64,000 nucleotides of DNA from an uncultured Bdellovibrionales bacterium (GTDB lineage: Bacteria; Myxococcota; XYA12-FULL-58-9; CAYXVF01), in assembly GCA_964468125.1 (NCBI GenBank), contig CAYXVF010000019.1, forward strand, positions 1,975-65,974, in the 5' to 3' direction. The notes below the pieces were generated by a model. That model searched no databases. It was not told where the DNA came from and saw only the letters and a program-made list of their open reading frames with translations. The translations under genes and the position numbers were made by a program. The stretch's first letter is position 1. Each line of letters begins with the position of its first letter. This document shows, in pieces, positions 52,001 to 60,224 of this stretch.

Positions 52001-54376
52001 GTGGCTATGACTCACCTCCTCGTCCTCCTGCTCGTGTCCCAGAGCGGGCAGGTTCGCGCGACTGACTTGAATGTCGGTGGAGCGGCGGACGTACGCGGCT
52101 ATCGCCGTGGAGTCGACGCGCTGGTTTATGACCCTGCCGCTGGTGCCTTTGCTGACGGATTCGAGCTGCAGTACCGCCAGCGTTTTGCGGACGATCAACG
52201 CTCCTTCTACGGGGTTCAAGCGGTGCTTCCGGGTCCGCTCACCCTCGGCTTTGGCTACGACTGGTTCCCGGACGACAGCAGCCGAATCGAGCGTGCCACG
52301 GTCAATTTCGCTTTGCGCGGCGGCCCTTTCGCCCTAGGGGCGTCCTATCAGCGCTATCGCGCATTGCGCGGGGGACTCAGTGACGGCGGCGTTTGGAACC
52401 TCGGTTTCTTCACCGAAGCCACTCGTTGGCTGACCCTGTCCGCCGGGATAGACGCGGTCAACTCGCCGGAAGTGTTGAACGAGCGCCAACGTTTTGCCTA
52501 TCGCCTGGGCGGCTCGTTGCGACCCTGGCTGGGGGCGCCATGGCTCACCCTCGGTGGGGAGACCCGTTTCGACGGCGACGACCTGGAGTGGGGGAGCACG
52601 CGTGCGGTCGTCGACGTGGCCTTTCGGACGATTCACGGTTTCGCCGCTTATGACTTCAATCAGGAACAAGCCTGGTTTGGGCTCTCGATCGGGCTCGGCG
52701 GTGTCGATGCGCGGGCGAGCGTGGGAACCCGTCAGGCTGACGCGGCGCCGGATGAGCCGATCGGCGCCGTCGCCGTGACTCTGCGAGCGAACCCTGCGGG
52801 AACTCCACTCATCGAGCCGCGCAAAACCGTCGAAGTCGTGCTGAGCGGCGATCTTCGCCGCGACGGCGGCTGGTTCCGAGGAGACGAGGAGGTCTCACCG
52901 ATCTCCTACGAGCTGGCACGCCTCGCCGAGGATCCGAGCGTGGAGCGGGTGGTCGTCAGTATCGGTGCACTCAATGTAGGTCCCGCCGCGCTCCAGTCCG
53001 TGCGCGAGAGCCTGGCGCGTTTGAAGGCGGCCGGGAAACGGGTCGAGGCCGAGATGAGCTACGTCGACGAACGGGGCTACATGATCGCCGCGGCTGCGGA
53101 TGTGATTCGCGTCGATCCATCGGCGATTCTGCGGATCGACGGTTTTGCGGTCACGCGTCGTTTCTACGCTGAGGCGCTCAGCAAGATCGGAGTTCGCTTC
53201 ACCGCGATCGCCATCGGCGACTACAAGACCGCGCCTGACCCCTTTACGCGGACGGAGCCGCGTCCGGAGGACGACGAGGTCACCAATGAGCTGCTCGATT
53301 ACTTCTACGGTCGGCTGGTGGCGGTACTGGTCGAGGACCGGGGCAAGAGCGAAGAAGAAGCGAAGGCCCTGATCGACCGAGGGATCTACACCGCGAAGGA
53401 TGCGATCGAGGTGGGTCTGGCCGACGAGCTCCTGTACCCGGACGACCCGAAGGAGGTCCCCGAGCTGCGGGATCGCGGCACCTCCCTGGCCAATACGCAA
53501 AGGCCGAGCGAGCTTTGGGGAACGCCGTCCGCGGTTGCCGTCGTGCCCGTCGTGGGCTCGATCACCTCCGGCTCGGACTCGCCGCTTCCGAGCATGGGCG
53601 GCGCGACTTCCGGCCGGGTGGTCGAGCGCCTCGAACGAGTGATGCGCGACGAATCGGTCGAGGCGGTGGTCCTCTTCATCAACAGCCCCGGCGGCGAAGT
53701 CGGGGCGAGCGATGTCATGTGGCGCGCCATCAAACGTCTTGCTGCACGCAAACCGGTGATCACCTGCATGGGAAATGTCGCAGCTTCCGGTGGTTATTGG
53801 ATCGCGACGGCGACCGACACCATCGTCGCACAGCCCGGAACAATCACGGGCTCCATCGGGATCTTCCAGCTCAAGCCGGACATCGAAAAACTCTATGACA
53901 TGCTCGACATCACCACGGTCGTCGACAAACGCGGCGCTCTCGCGGACATCGACAGCGAAACGCGAGCGGCCACGGAGGAGGAGATCGCTCAGGCCCGTGT
54001 GGTGATCGAAAAAGAATACGACCGGTTTATCGAGAAGGTCGCGGTTGGCCGCGGACTCGAGCCTTCGCGCGTGCGAGAGATCGCAGGAGGCCGCGTGTAT
54101 ACCGGGGCGCGGGCGAAGGAACTCGGGTTGGTCGATGAGCTCGGCAGCCTCACCGACGCGATCGAGCTCGCGGCGGCTCGCGCTGGGCTTTCGGGCGAGT
54201 ACGCGGTCAAGATCCCCTTTGGGCGCTCGCCCCTGCTTCGCACCTTTCAATCACTGGCGAGCGCGAATCCGAGCGCGGATCTCATCGACGCCGCAGAGCG
54301 CACGCTCGAGCGTGTTCGAGCATTCGAGGGCCTGAGCCTCGCGATTCTTCCCTTCGAATACGAGGTCGAGTGGTGA
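52001..54376 (+). CDS. sppA: Signal peptide peptidase SppA (67K type, two S49 domains) with an extra ~250-aa N-terminal beta-rich domain
   Basis: The second S49 domain has INSPGGEVGAS and MGNVAASGGYWIATA (Ser nucleophile context). The first domain is degenerate, as is usual. The N-terminal 250 aa show alternating-hydrophobic beta-barrel-like strands. GTG 52001 or ATG 52007 is the start. Confidence 0.8.
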   Translation: MAMTHLLVLLLVSQSGQVRATDLNVGGAADVRGYRRGVDALVYDPAAGAFADGFELQYRQRFADDQRSFYGVQAVLPGPLTLGFGYDWFPDDSSRIERATVNFALRGGPFALGASYQRYRALRGGLSDGGVWNLGFFTEATRWLTLSAGIDAVNSPEVLNERQRFAYRLGGSLRPWLGAPWLTLGGETRFDGDDLEWGSTRAVVDVAFRTIHGFAAYDFNQEQAWFGLSIGLGGVDARASVGTRQADAAPDEPIGAVAVTLRANPAGTPLIEPRKTVEVVLSGDLRRDGGWFRGDEEVSPISYELARLAEDPSVERVVVSIGALNVGPAALQSVRESLARLKAAGKRVEAEMSYVDERGYMIAAAADVIRVDPSAILRIDGFAVTRRFYAEALSKIGVRFTAIAIGDYKTAPDPFTRTEPRPEDDEVTNELLDYFYGRLVAVLVEDRGKSEEEAKALIDRGIYTAKDAIEVGLADELLYPDDPKEVPELRDRGTSLANTQRPSELWGTPSAVAVVPVVGSITSGSDSPLPSMGGATSGRVVERLERVMRDESVEAVVLFINSPGGEVGASDVMWRAIKRLAARKPVITCMGNVAASGGYWIATATDTIVAQPGTITGSIGIFQLKPDIEKLYDMLDITTVVDKRGALADIDSETRAATEEEIAQARVVIEKEYDRFIEKVAVGRGLEPSRVREIAGGRVYTGARAKELGLVDELGSLTDAIELAAARAGLSGEYAVKIPFGRSPLLRTFQSLASANPSADLIDAAERTLERVRAFEGLSLAILPFEYEVEW

Positions 54377-55866
54377 GCGCGATGACGAGCTCGCCCCTAG
54401 GGCCGATGCTCTTCGGAGCCGAGGTCCTGAGACAGATCGCGATGGAGCGGCGTTCTGCGGAGCTGCGTTGGATCGCGCAAGACAAGGCGTACATCCTACA
54501 CTTCTCGGGCGGCGCTCCTTCAGGCTACGTCGCGCCGTCGGGGACAGCGACCCGTGATCCTGAGACCGTGCGCAAAGTTCTTCGCGCCTTCGCCGTCTCC
54601 ATAGACGGCTTCGTGCAGCTCGCCCCCTTCGAGCTCGACGCGCCGCTGTCCATGGACACCCTCGGCGAGGCGCTCGTTGCGGTCCTTCACGGCATGCCAG
54701 AACGCGTGGTTGCGCAGATTCTCGAGTCGCGAAGTGCACGCTACTATGTTGCGGGGGCACGCTACGACGCGATCGCGAACGCGATCACCGCGAGCCGGGG
54801 ACCGCTGTTGCCGAAACCGTCGGCGCCCGTCGCCCTCGGCACCGTCACGCGAAACGTATCGATCGAAGCGCGTCGCGCATGGTTGTGTTTGCTCGCCTTC
54901 GGAGCGGTCGACCAGACCCGTACCCCGCAGCAGCAGCAGCCGACGACCGGGGCTGCACCCTCGTCAGAATCACAGCCCTCCGCACGCCATGGGGTTTCGG
55001 TCTCGCAAGTGATGGGGGCGCAGCCACGTGCCGCCTCCAAGAGCGAGCCCAAAGCAGCCAACAAGCGGAAGCCCGAGACGGAGATGGAGAAGAAGGCGCA
55101 CCTGTTGCGACTGGCGCTCCCCACCGACCCGGACGCGGTGCATGCAGCCCTGGACCTGAAGAAGCGCCTCAACAGTATGTTCGACAAGAGCCACTACGAA
55201 GTCTTGGGCATTCCGCGCACCGCCTCGAAGGACACGATTCGCTCGGCCTATTTCGAGCTCGCCAAGTCCTATCACCTCGACCGCTTCTCCAACGTGTCCT
55301 TAGGCGACTATCGGCAAGTCGCCGAAGAGGTTTTTCGAAAGATTTCAGAAGCGTCGCGGGTCTTGAGCGATGACAACGAGCGGTCGAACTACGACGTCTA
55401 TCTCGACCGAAAAGAGAAGGGCCTTCCCACCGACGTCAACGTGATCCTCGAAGCGGACAATTTGTTTCAGCGCGGCAAGATGATGGTCGACCGCGGACAG
55501 GGAGCGAATGCCTACAAGGATTTGGCCCGCGCCGCGGAGCTCATCGGAGCGGACACGACTTATCAAGCCTATCACGCCTACGCGAAGTACCTTGCCTTGG
55601 GGAGCTCCTGTTTTCAGGAGGTGCGCGACAGTCTCCAGGAGGTGATCAAGAAGGAAGCCCGCCACGGCAGCGCCCACGATTTTCTGGGTCGCATCTACCG
55701 GGCGGAAGGCAACTTGAAGGCGGCGGCGAGCCATCTGCAAAAGGCGATCGATATCTCGCCGAAGAACGCGGACGCCAAACGCGAGTTGCGCGTGGTTCAG
55801 ATGCGTTTGAACAAACAGACGGACGACGGCAAGGGCGGCTTCCTAAAGGGATTGCTCAAGCGCTAG
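54370..55866 (+). CDS. J-domain protein with an N-terminal DUF4388-like domain and C-terminal TPRs; HPD motif reads HLD
   Basis: The J-domain is HYEVLGIPRTASKDTIRSAYFELAKSYHLDRF. The C-terminus has TPR-like helices. Start candidates are GTG 54370, GTG 54373 and ATG 54382, all around the sppA stop (54374-54376). Confidence 0.75.
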   Translation: MVSAMTSSPLGPMLFGAEVLRQIAMERRSAELRWIAQDKAYILHFSGGAPSGYVAPSGTATRDPETVRKVLRAFAVSIDGFVQLAPFELDAPLSMDTLGEALVAVLHGMPERVVAQILESRSARYYVAGARYDAIANAITASRGPLLPKPSAPVALGTVTRNVSIEARRAWLCLLAFGAVDQTRTPQQQQPTTGAAPSSESQPSARHGVSVSQVMGAQPRAASKSEPKAANKRKPETEMEKKAHLLRLALPTDPDAVHAALDLKKRLNSMFDKSHYEVLGIPRTASKDTIRSAYFELAKSYHLDRFSNVSLGDYRQVAEEVFRKISEASRVLSDDNERSNYDVYLDRKEKGLPTDVNVILEADNLFQRGKMMVDRGQGANAYKDLARAAELIGADTTYQAYHAYAKYLALGSSCFQEVRDSLQEVIKKEARHGSAHDFLGRIYRAEGNLKAAASHLQKAIDISPKNADAKRELRVVQMRLNKQTDDGKGGFLKGLLKR

Positions 55867-56842
55867 GGGCGTCACCACTCGTGTGTCGAAGCTGCACGAG
55901 CGGGCTCTCTGCGTTTGGGCCCGGCGCTCCAAAGGCGGTCTTTGGCACGTCCGGAAGAACTCCGGCGCGTTCCCCGCTGCGCATGACGTTCGAGCTAAAC
56001 GCGACGTGCCGATCGTCTCGGAAGGAGCAGTCGACGCAGATCGGCATGGCGTAGGTCTCGCGGCGCTCGTGAATCGCTCGCAGGCGGCGCATCACCTCGC
56101 TGTTGAACGCCTCGCGCAGGGTCTCGCGCCCGACGTGCCCAACCACGTGCATGCGTGACGCGTCGACGCAGCAAATCCCGACGCGCCCGTCCCAGCACAC
56201 GACCGCGTAGCGATAGAGATGCTGGCACGGATCGAAGTCGATGCTCGGCTCCTCGCCGAAGGCACGACGTCCCCAATTGAGGTCGTGCCACACCTCGACG
56301 GTGACGTCGAAGCGCGACCAGAAGTTGATGAACGCGTCGACCTCTTTGTCCGCCGGCGGAACGCGTACGATCTGAACCACAACCTCGGTCTTGGCGTTCG
56401 AACGGGCCTTCTCGTCGAGCAGCTTGATCGTGTTGCGAACCACGAGGTCGTGCTTTTTCGATTTGCGGACGATTTCGTAGGTCTCTGGGGTCGCAGCCGC
56501 AACACTCACTGTCAGACGATCGACGCCCTGGCGCAGGATGAAGCGTCCTGTGTCGCGGGAGAGCAGATGGCCGTTGCTGATCAAATCGACGAAATGCTCG
56601 CCGCTCGACGACTTGATCCGTTCCACGGTGTGCCGAAAGGAGGGCGAGAGGAGGGGTTCGCCGATGCCGTGGAGTCGGAAGGTGCGCCCGGGTTCCGCCA
56701 ACGTCTCGTCGAGGACCCGGTCCAGAAGCACCCGGTCCATGTCGCCCATGTTCAGCTTCTGCGGCAGCCGCGGACACATCACGCAGTCGAGATTGCAGCG
56801 GTTCGACAGCTCGAGTTCGATCACCGTGGGAAACAGACTCAT
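55856..56842 (-). CDS. Radical SAM enzyme with a Cys-rich SPASM/twitch-like C-terminal domain
   Basis: The CxxxCxxC motif lies in LELSNRCNLDCVMCPR. The C-terminal cysteines are PCQH..VVCWDGRVGICCVD...PICVDCS. ATG 56842 overlaps the DinG stop as ATGA. Confidence 0.8.
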   Translation of the reverse strand: MSLFPTVIELELSNRCNLDCVMCPRLPQKLNMGDMDRVLLDRVLDETLAEPGRTFRLHGIGEPLLSPSFRHTVERIKSSSGEHFVDLISNGHLLSRDTGRFILRQGVDRLTVSVAAATPETYEIVRKSKKHDLVVRNTIKLLDEKARSNAKTEVVVQIVRVPPADKEVDAFINFWSRFDVTVEVWHDLNWGRRAFGEEPSIDFDPCQHLYRYAVVCWDGRVGICCVDASRMHVVGHVGRETLREAFNSEVMRRLRAIHERRETYAMPICVDCSFRDDRHVAFSSNVMRSGERAGVLPDVPKTAFGAPGPNAESPLVQLRHTSGDAPSA

Positions 56843-58893
56843 GAGGCTCGCACTTTCTCCGCATCCGAGCAGAGGAACTGATGGACCTCCCCCGGGGTTT
56901 CGATCCGGGGGCACTCCGGCAAGCTTCGCAAGAACACTTTGCCGTACCCGCGTTTGCTCATCCGTGGATCCAAGATCGCGACCACTCCTCGGTCGTCACT
57001 GCGCCGGAGGAGGCGACCAAACCCTTGGCGGAGGAGGAGAGCCGCCTGGGGGATTTGGTAGCGACGAAAGGGCTCCTGGCCGCGTGCCTTGGCGAGCTCG
57101 ATGCGCGCCTGATGGATCGGGTCCGAGGGGCTTCCAAAGGGAAGCTTGTCGATCACCACGAGGCGCAGCGCTCGACCGGCAACGTCTACGCCGCGCCAGA
57201 GGCTCATCGTGCCGATCAGCACCGCGTCGCCGTGGTCACGAAACGCTTCGACGAGACGCCCGCGCGGCGCATCCCCTTGGCATAGAACCAGTCGGTCCAA
57301 GCGTCGAAGCGCCGCGCGCATCACCTCCACCATGCGATAGCTCGTGCACAGGACGAAGGCCCCGCCGCCTGCGGCGTGGACGAGCTTCCGGGTGCGTTCA
57401 GCCGCTGCGCCGGCGAATGCCGGGTCGTCTGGAAAGGGCAGGTCACTCGGAAGGTAGAGCCGGGCGGCGCGCGGGTAATCGAAGGGCGATCCCACGCGGA
57501 CTTCGTTTGCATCGTCGATCCCGAGCCGTGACTTGAAATGCTCGAAGCTGTCTCCAACCGCTAGAGTTGCTGAAACATAGATCGAAGGCACGTCTCGGAC
57601 GTACTCGACCATGAGGGGGGCCACGTCCACGGGGCGAGCGACGAGGGCGCGCTGATTGCCTCGACGCTCAGTGAAATGAACGAAGGGCAGGTCTCGGTGG
57701 CTGTTCCTGCTCGGTTGCGGCGGCGATACACTCTCATCCCGGTAGGGGAGGTTCGTGTCGAGGATCTTTGCGTCTTCGAGCACGACCTCGCCGACAGTGC
57801 TGATGTGCTCCGGTTCTTCGAGTAGGAAGGACAGCTCGGATGCAAGGGTCGCGCTTCGGCGGGCGAGCTGCAGCGTCTCGTCCCCTCCCGCGTCGTCGAG
57901 GATCGCTTCGAGCTCTCCGAGCGAGGCGTCGAGTTGACGGTAGCGACCGACCAAAGCTCGACCCACCTGCCCCGGGTGAATGCGCAGGGGCCCGTCCTTG
58001 AAAGGCATGGCGTCAAAGAGGGTACGGGCTTCGCGCTCGATGCGGAGCGCGACTGCGCCCGCGGCCGCACGGTCGAGGTTCTCATCCTCGACCGCGCCGA
58101 CGTCGCGAATGAGCTCCCCGATCCGCGCCTCGCTCACGTGGTATCCAAAATGCTGCGCGGCGATTTCGTCGATTTCGTGTGCTTCATCGAAGATCACCAG
58201 GTCGTGCGGCGGCAACAAGCGTACCGACGGGTCCTTGACCCGACTCCGAAGCGCGACGTCCGCGAAGTAGAGGTGGTGATTGACCAAGAGGAGCTGAGCG
58301 GTTTGAGCGCGCCGCCGCATCTGGGTGACGAAGCAGTTTTCGTAGGCGCGGCAGCGTCGGCCGATACACTGCTCGGATGTCGCGGTCACGTCTCGTCGAA
58401 AGCCCGCGTCGTCCGGAAGGGAGGAAAGCTCGCCGAGATCGCCGATGTGCGTATTGGCGAGCCAGGCGCGAAACGCTTCGAGCTCACCGTCGTCAGCGAG
58501 GCTCATCTGTGCGGTCTTGGTCTCCGCGCGCGTGATGCAGACGTAATTCGTCCGCCCTTTCATCACTTCCACGGGTAGGTCGACCCCCGCGGCCGCCATC
58601 AGGTCGGGAATGTCCTTTTCGAAGAGCTGGTCCTGAAGATTGCGCGTAGCGGTGGAGACGACGACGCGCAGACCGCTCGCCAGCGCCGGTACCAGATAGG
58701 CGAGTGTTTTCCCCGTTCCCGTTCCCGCCTCCGCGATCAGACTGCGGCCGTCACGTATGGCTTCGGTGACCCGCTCGGCGACCGCGATCTGCTCGTCTCG
58801 CGGCTCGTAGCCTTCGAGTGATCGCGCGAGGGCGCCGTCGGGGGCAAAAAACGCGCGGACCCGATCCGGGTCGAGGGGAGTGGAGTCACTCAC
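56839..58893 (-). CDS. dinG: DinG/XPD-family ATP-dependent DNA helicase (Fe-S type)
   Basis: Walker A is AEAGTGTGKTLAY and the DEAH box is FDEAHEIDE. Four Cys residues lie in the insertion (NYVCITR, SEQCIGRRCRAYENCF). The GTG start overlaps the M50 stop as GTGA. Confidence 0.8.
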   Translation of the reverse strand: MSDSTPLDPDRVRAFFAPDGALARSLEGYEPRDEQIAVAERVTEAIRDGRSLIAEAGTGTGKTLAYLVPALASGLRVVVSTATRNLQDQLFEKDIPDLMAAAGVDLPVEVMKGRTNYVCITRAETKTAQMSLADDGELEAFRAWLANTHIGDLGELSSLPDDAGFRRDVTATSEQCIGRRCRAYENCFVTQMRRRAQTAQLLLVNHHLYFADVALRSRVKDPSVRLLPPHDLVIFDEAHEIDEIAAQHFGYHVSEARIGELIRDVGAVEDENLDRAAAGAVALRIEREARTLFDAMPFKDGPLRIHPGQVGRALVGRYRQLDASLGELEAILDDAGGDETLQLARRSATLASELSFLLEEPEHISTVGEVVLEDAKILDTNLPYRDESVSPPQPSRNSHRDLPFVHFTERRGNQRALVARPVDVAPLMVEYVRDVPSIYVSATLAVGDSFEHFKSRLGIDDANEVRVGSPFDYPRAARLYLPSDLPFPDDPAFAGAAAERTRKLVHAAGGGAFVLCTSYRMVEVMRAALRRLDRLVLCQGDAPRGRLVEAFRDHGDAVLIGTMSLWRGVDVAGRALRLVVIDKLPFGSPSDPIHQARIELAKARGQEPFRRYQIPQAALLLRQGFGRLLRRSDDRGVVAILDPRMSKRGYGKVFLRSLPECPRIETPGEVHQFLCSDAEKVRAS

Positions 58894-60173
58894 AGACGGA
58901 ACTTCTCGGGCGGCAGGTCAGAATCCTCAACGCTCCAGTCTTTCTCGCCACTGTCTTCGCGTCCCTCTTCGAGGAACTCCGCTTGGGCTGGATCATCGGG
59001 AACGATCTGCACCGGTACGGGAACGAAGGTCAAAACCAGCAGAAGCAAAGCGATGAGCGCTCCGATCCAGTCGAGGACCCGCAGAGGACGCCCAGTGTCG
59101 CGCACCTTCGGATGCCCCAGCCCGCCGATGAAGATCAGCGTCGCCCATAGAATCCACGGAGCTCCGGCGTAGGTGCCGTAAGCTGGAGTCAGGGTGAGGT
59201 AGAAACCGTAAGCAAAGAGGCCCGCGACCGTCAGCAGCGACAAGACCACCGCGCCACGTCCGAGAAGCGCGCGTGCAATGTGCCCGCCGTCGAGTTGGGC
59301 TGCGGGAAGCAGATGGATCGACGTGACGAGCATGCCGACCCAGGCCGCGAAGGCGAGTGGGTGCAGCTGCACTTCGACACCGTTCGGACTGAAGGTCTCG
59401 GCGAGCCAGGTGAAGAGGAGCGAGTTGCCGAGCCACTTCGAACCAACGGGGACCTCGCCGAGATCGAGGGGGAGTGACTGGCTCAGCCCGTAGGCGGCGA
59501 GAGGTACGGCGATCAGCAGGCCGGCGATCGGTCCCATGACTGCCATCCGAAGAAGCGAGGATCGATTCGGCGGCTCCGTTCGCAAGAAGACCACGCTGCC
59601 GAGGGTGCCGAGGACCGCCGGAAAGGGAATGTAATACGGGTAGCTCTGTTGCACCTTCGTCGCCAGAGACGCCAGTGAATGACCGAGATCGTGGACGAGG
59701 AGAATACTCATCAGCGCCAGGGAGAAGATGAGCGCCGGACGGAGCATCGTCGGATCACTGCGCACGAGCTCGAGCAGCTCCCGAAGGCTTCCGGGTTCGA
59801 GCATCAACATCAGATGGACCGCGGTGGCCGACACGAAGGTCAACACGAACAGTCCGAGTGCAATGCGGAGCCGAGGAGCGGGGATCGGCGCGGCCGCCGG
59901 TGGTGGCGAAGGCGTTGGCTCGAAGGTGCTCAATGGCTCGGGGGCGACCTCGATTCGAGAAGCGCCGATCCATGGCTCGCGCTCGAGAGGGGGGCCCGCG
60001 TGTTGCGGCGGGCTCAGATCGAGGGCGGTCGTTCCCACGAGCGCGTCGCTGATCATGGGCTCGGCGACACCATCGGAGTCGTCAACGAACTCCACTTCGT
60101 CGGCGGCGAGCTCCACGGTCGACGGTGCAGAATCTGAGGCCTGCTCTTCAGGGGTCTGGTCTCGTTTGCTCAC
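58890..60173 (-). CDS. Site-2 protease (M50) family intramembrane metalloprotease, HExxH motif reads HDLGH
   Basis: The protein is polytopic. It has LLVHDLGHSLAS (59693-59679) and the second M50 motif IHLLPAAQLDGGHI. The start is GTG at 60173. Confidence 0.75.
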   Translation of the reverse strand: MSKRDQTPEEQASDSAPSTVELAADEVEFVDDSDGVAEPMISDALVGTTALDLSPPQHAGPPLEREPWIGASRIEVAPEPLSTFEPTPSPPPAAAPIPAPRLRIALGLFVLTFVSATAVHLMLMLEPGSLRELLELVRSDPTMLRPALIFSLALMSILLVHDLGHSLASLATKVQQSYPYYIPFPAVLGTLGSVVFLRTEPPNRSSLLRMAVMGPIAGLLIAVPLAAYGLSQSLPLDLGEVPVGSKWLGNSLLFTWLAETFSPNGVEVQLHPLAFAAWVGMLVTSIHLLPAAQLDGGHIARALLGRGAVVLSLLTVAGLFAYGFYLTLTPAYGTYAGAPWILWATLIFIGGLGHPKVRDTGRPLRVLDWIGALIALLLLVLTFVPVPVQIVPDDPAQAEFLEEGREDSGEKDWSVEDSDLPPEKFRL

Positions 60174-60224
60174 GGTGCTGCTGACACCCGCTCCCCAGGG
60201 GACTCGAGATGCGCGACCGCGAGG

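Noticed and set aside
55856-56842. The radical SAM gene as a prokaryotic viperin (antiviral ddhNTP synthase).
   Set aside because: It has a Cys-rich SPASM/twitch-type C-terminal domain, and its overall pattern is unlike viperin. The defence link therefore remains only a weak contextual hypothesis.
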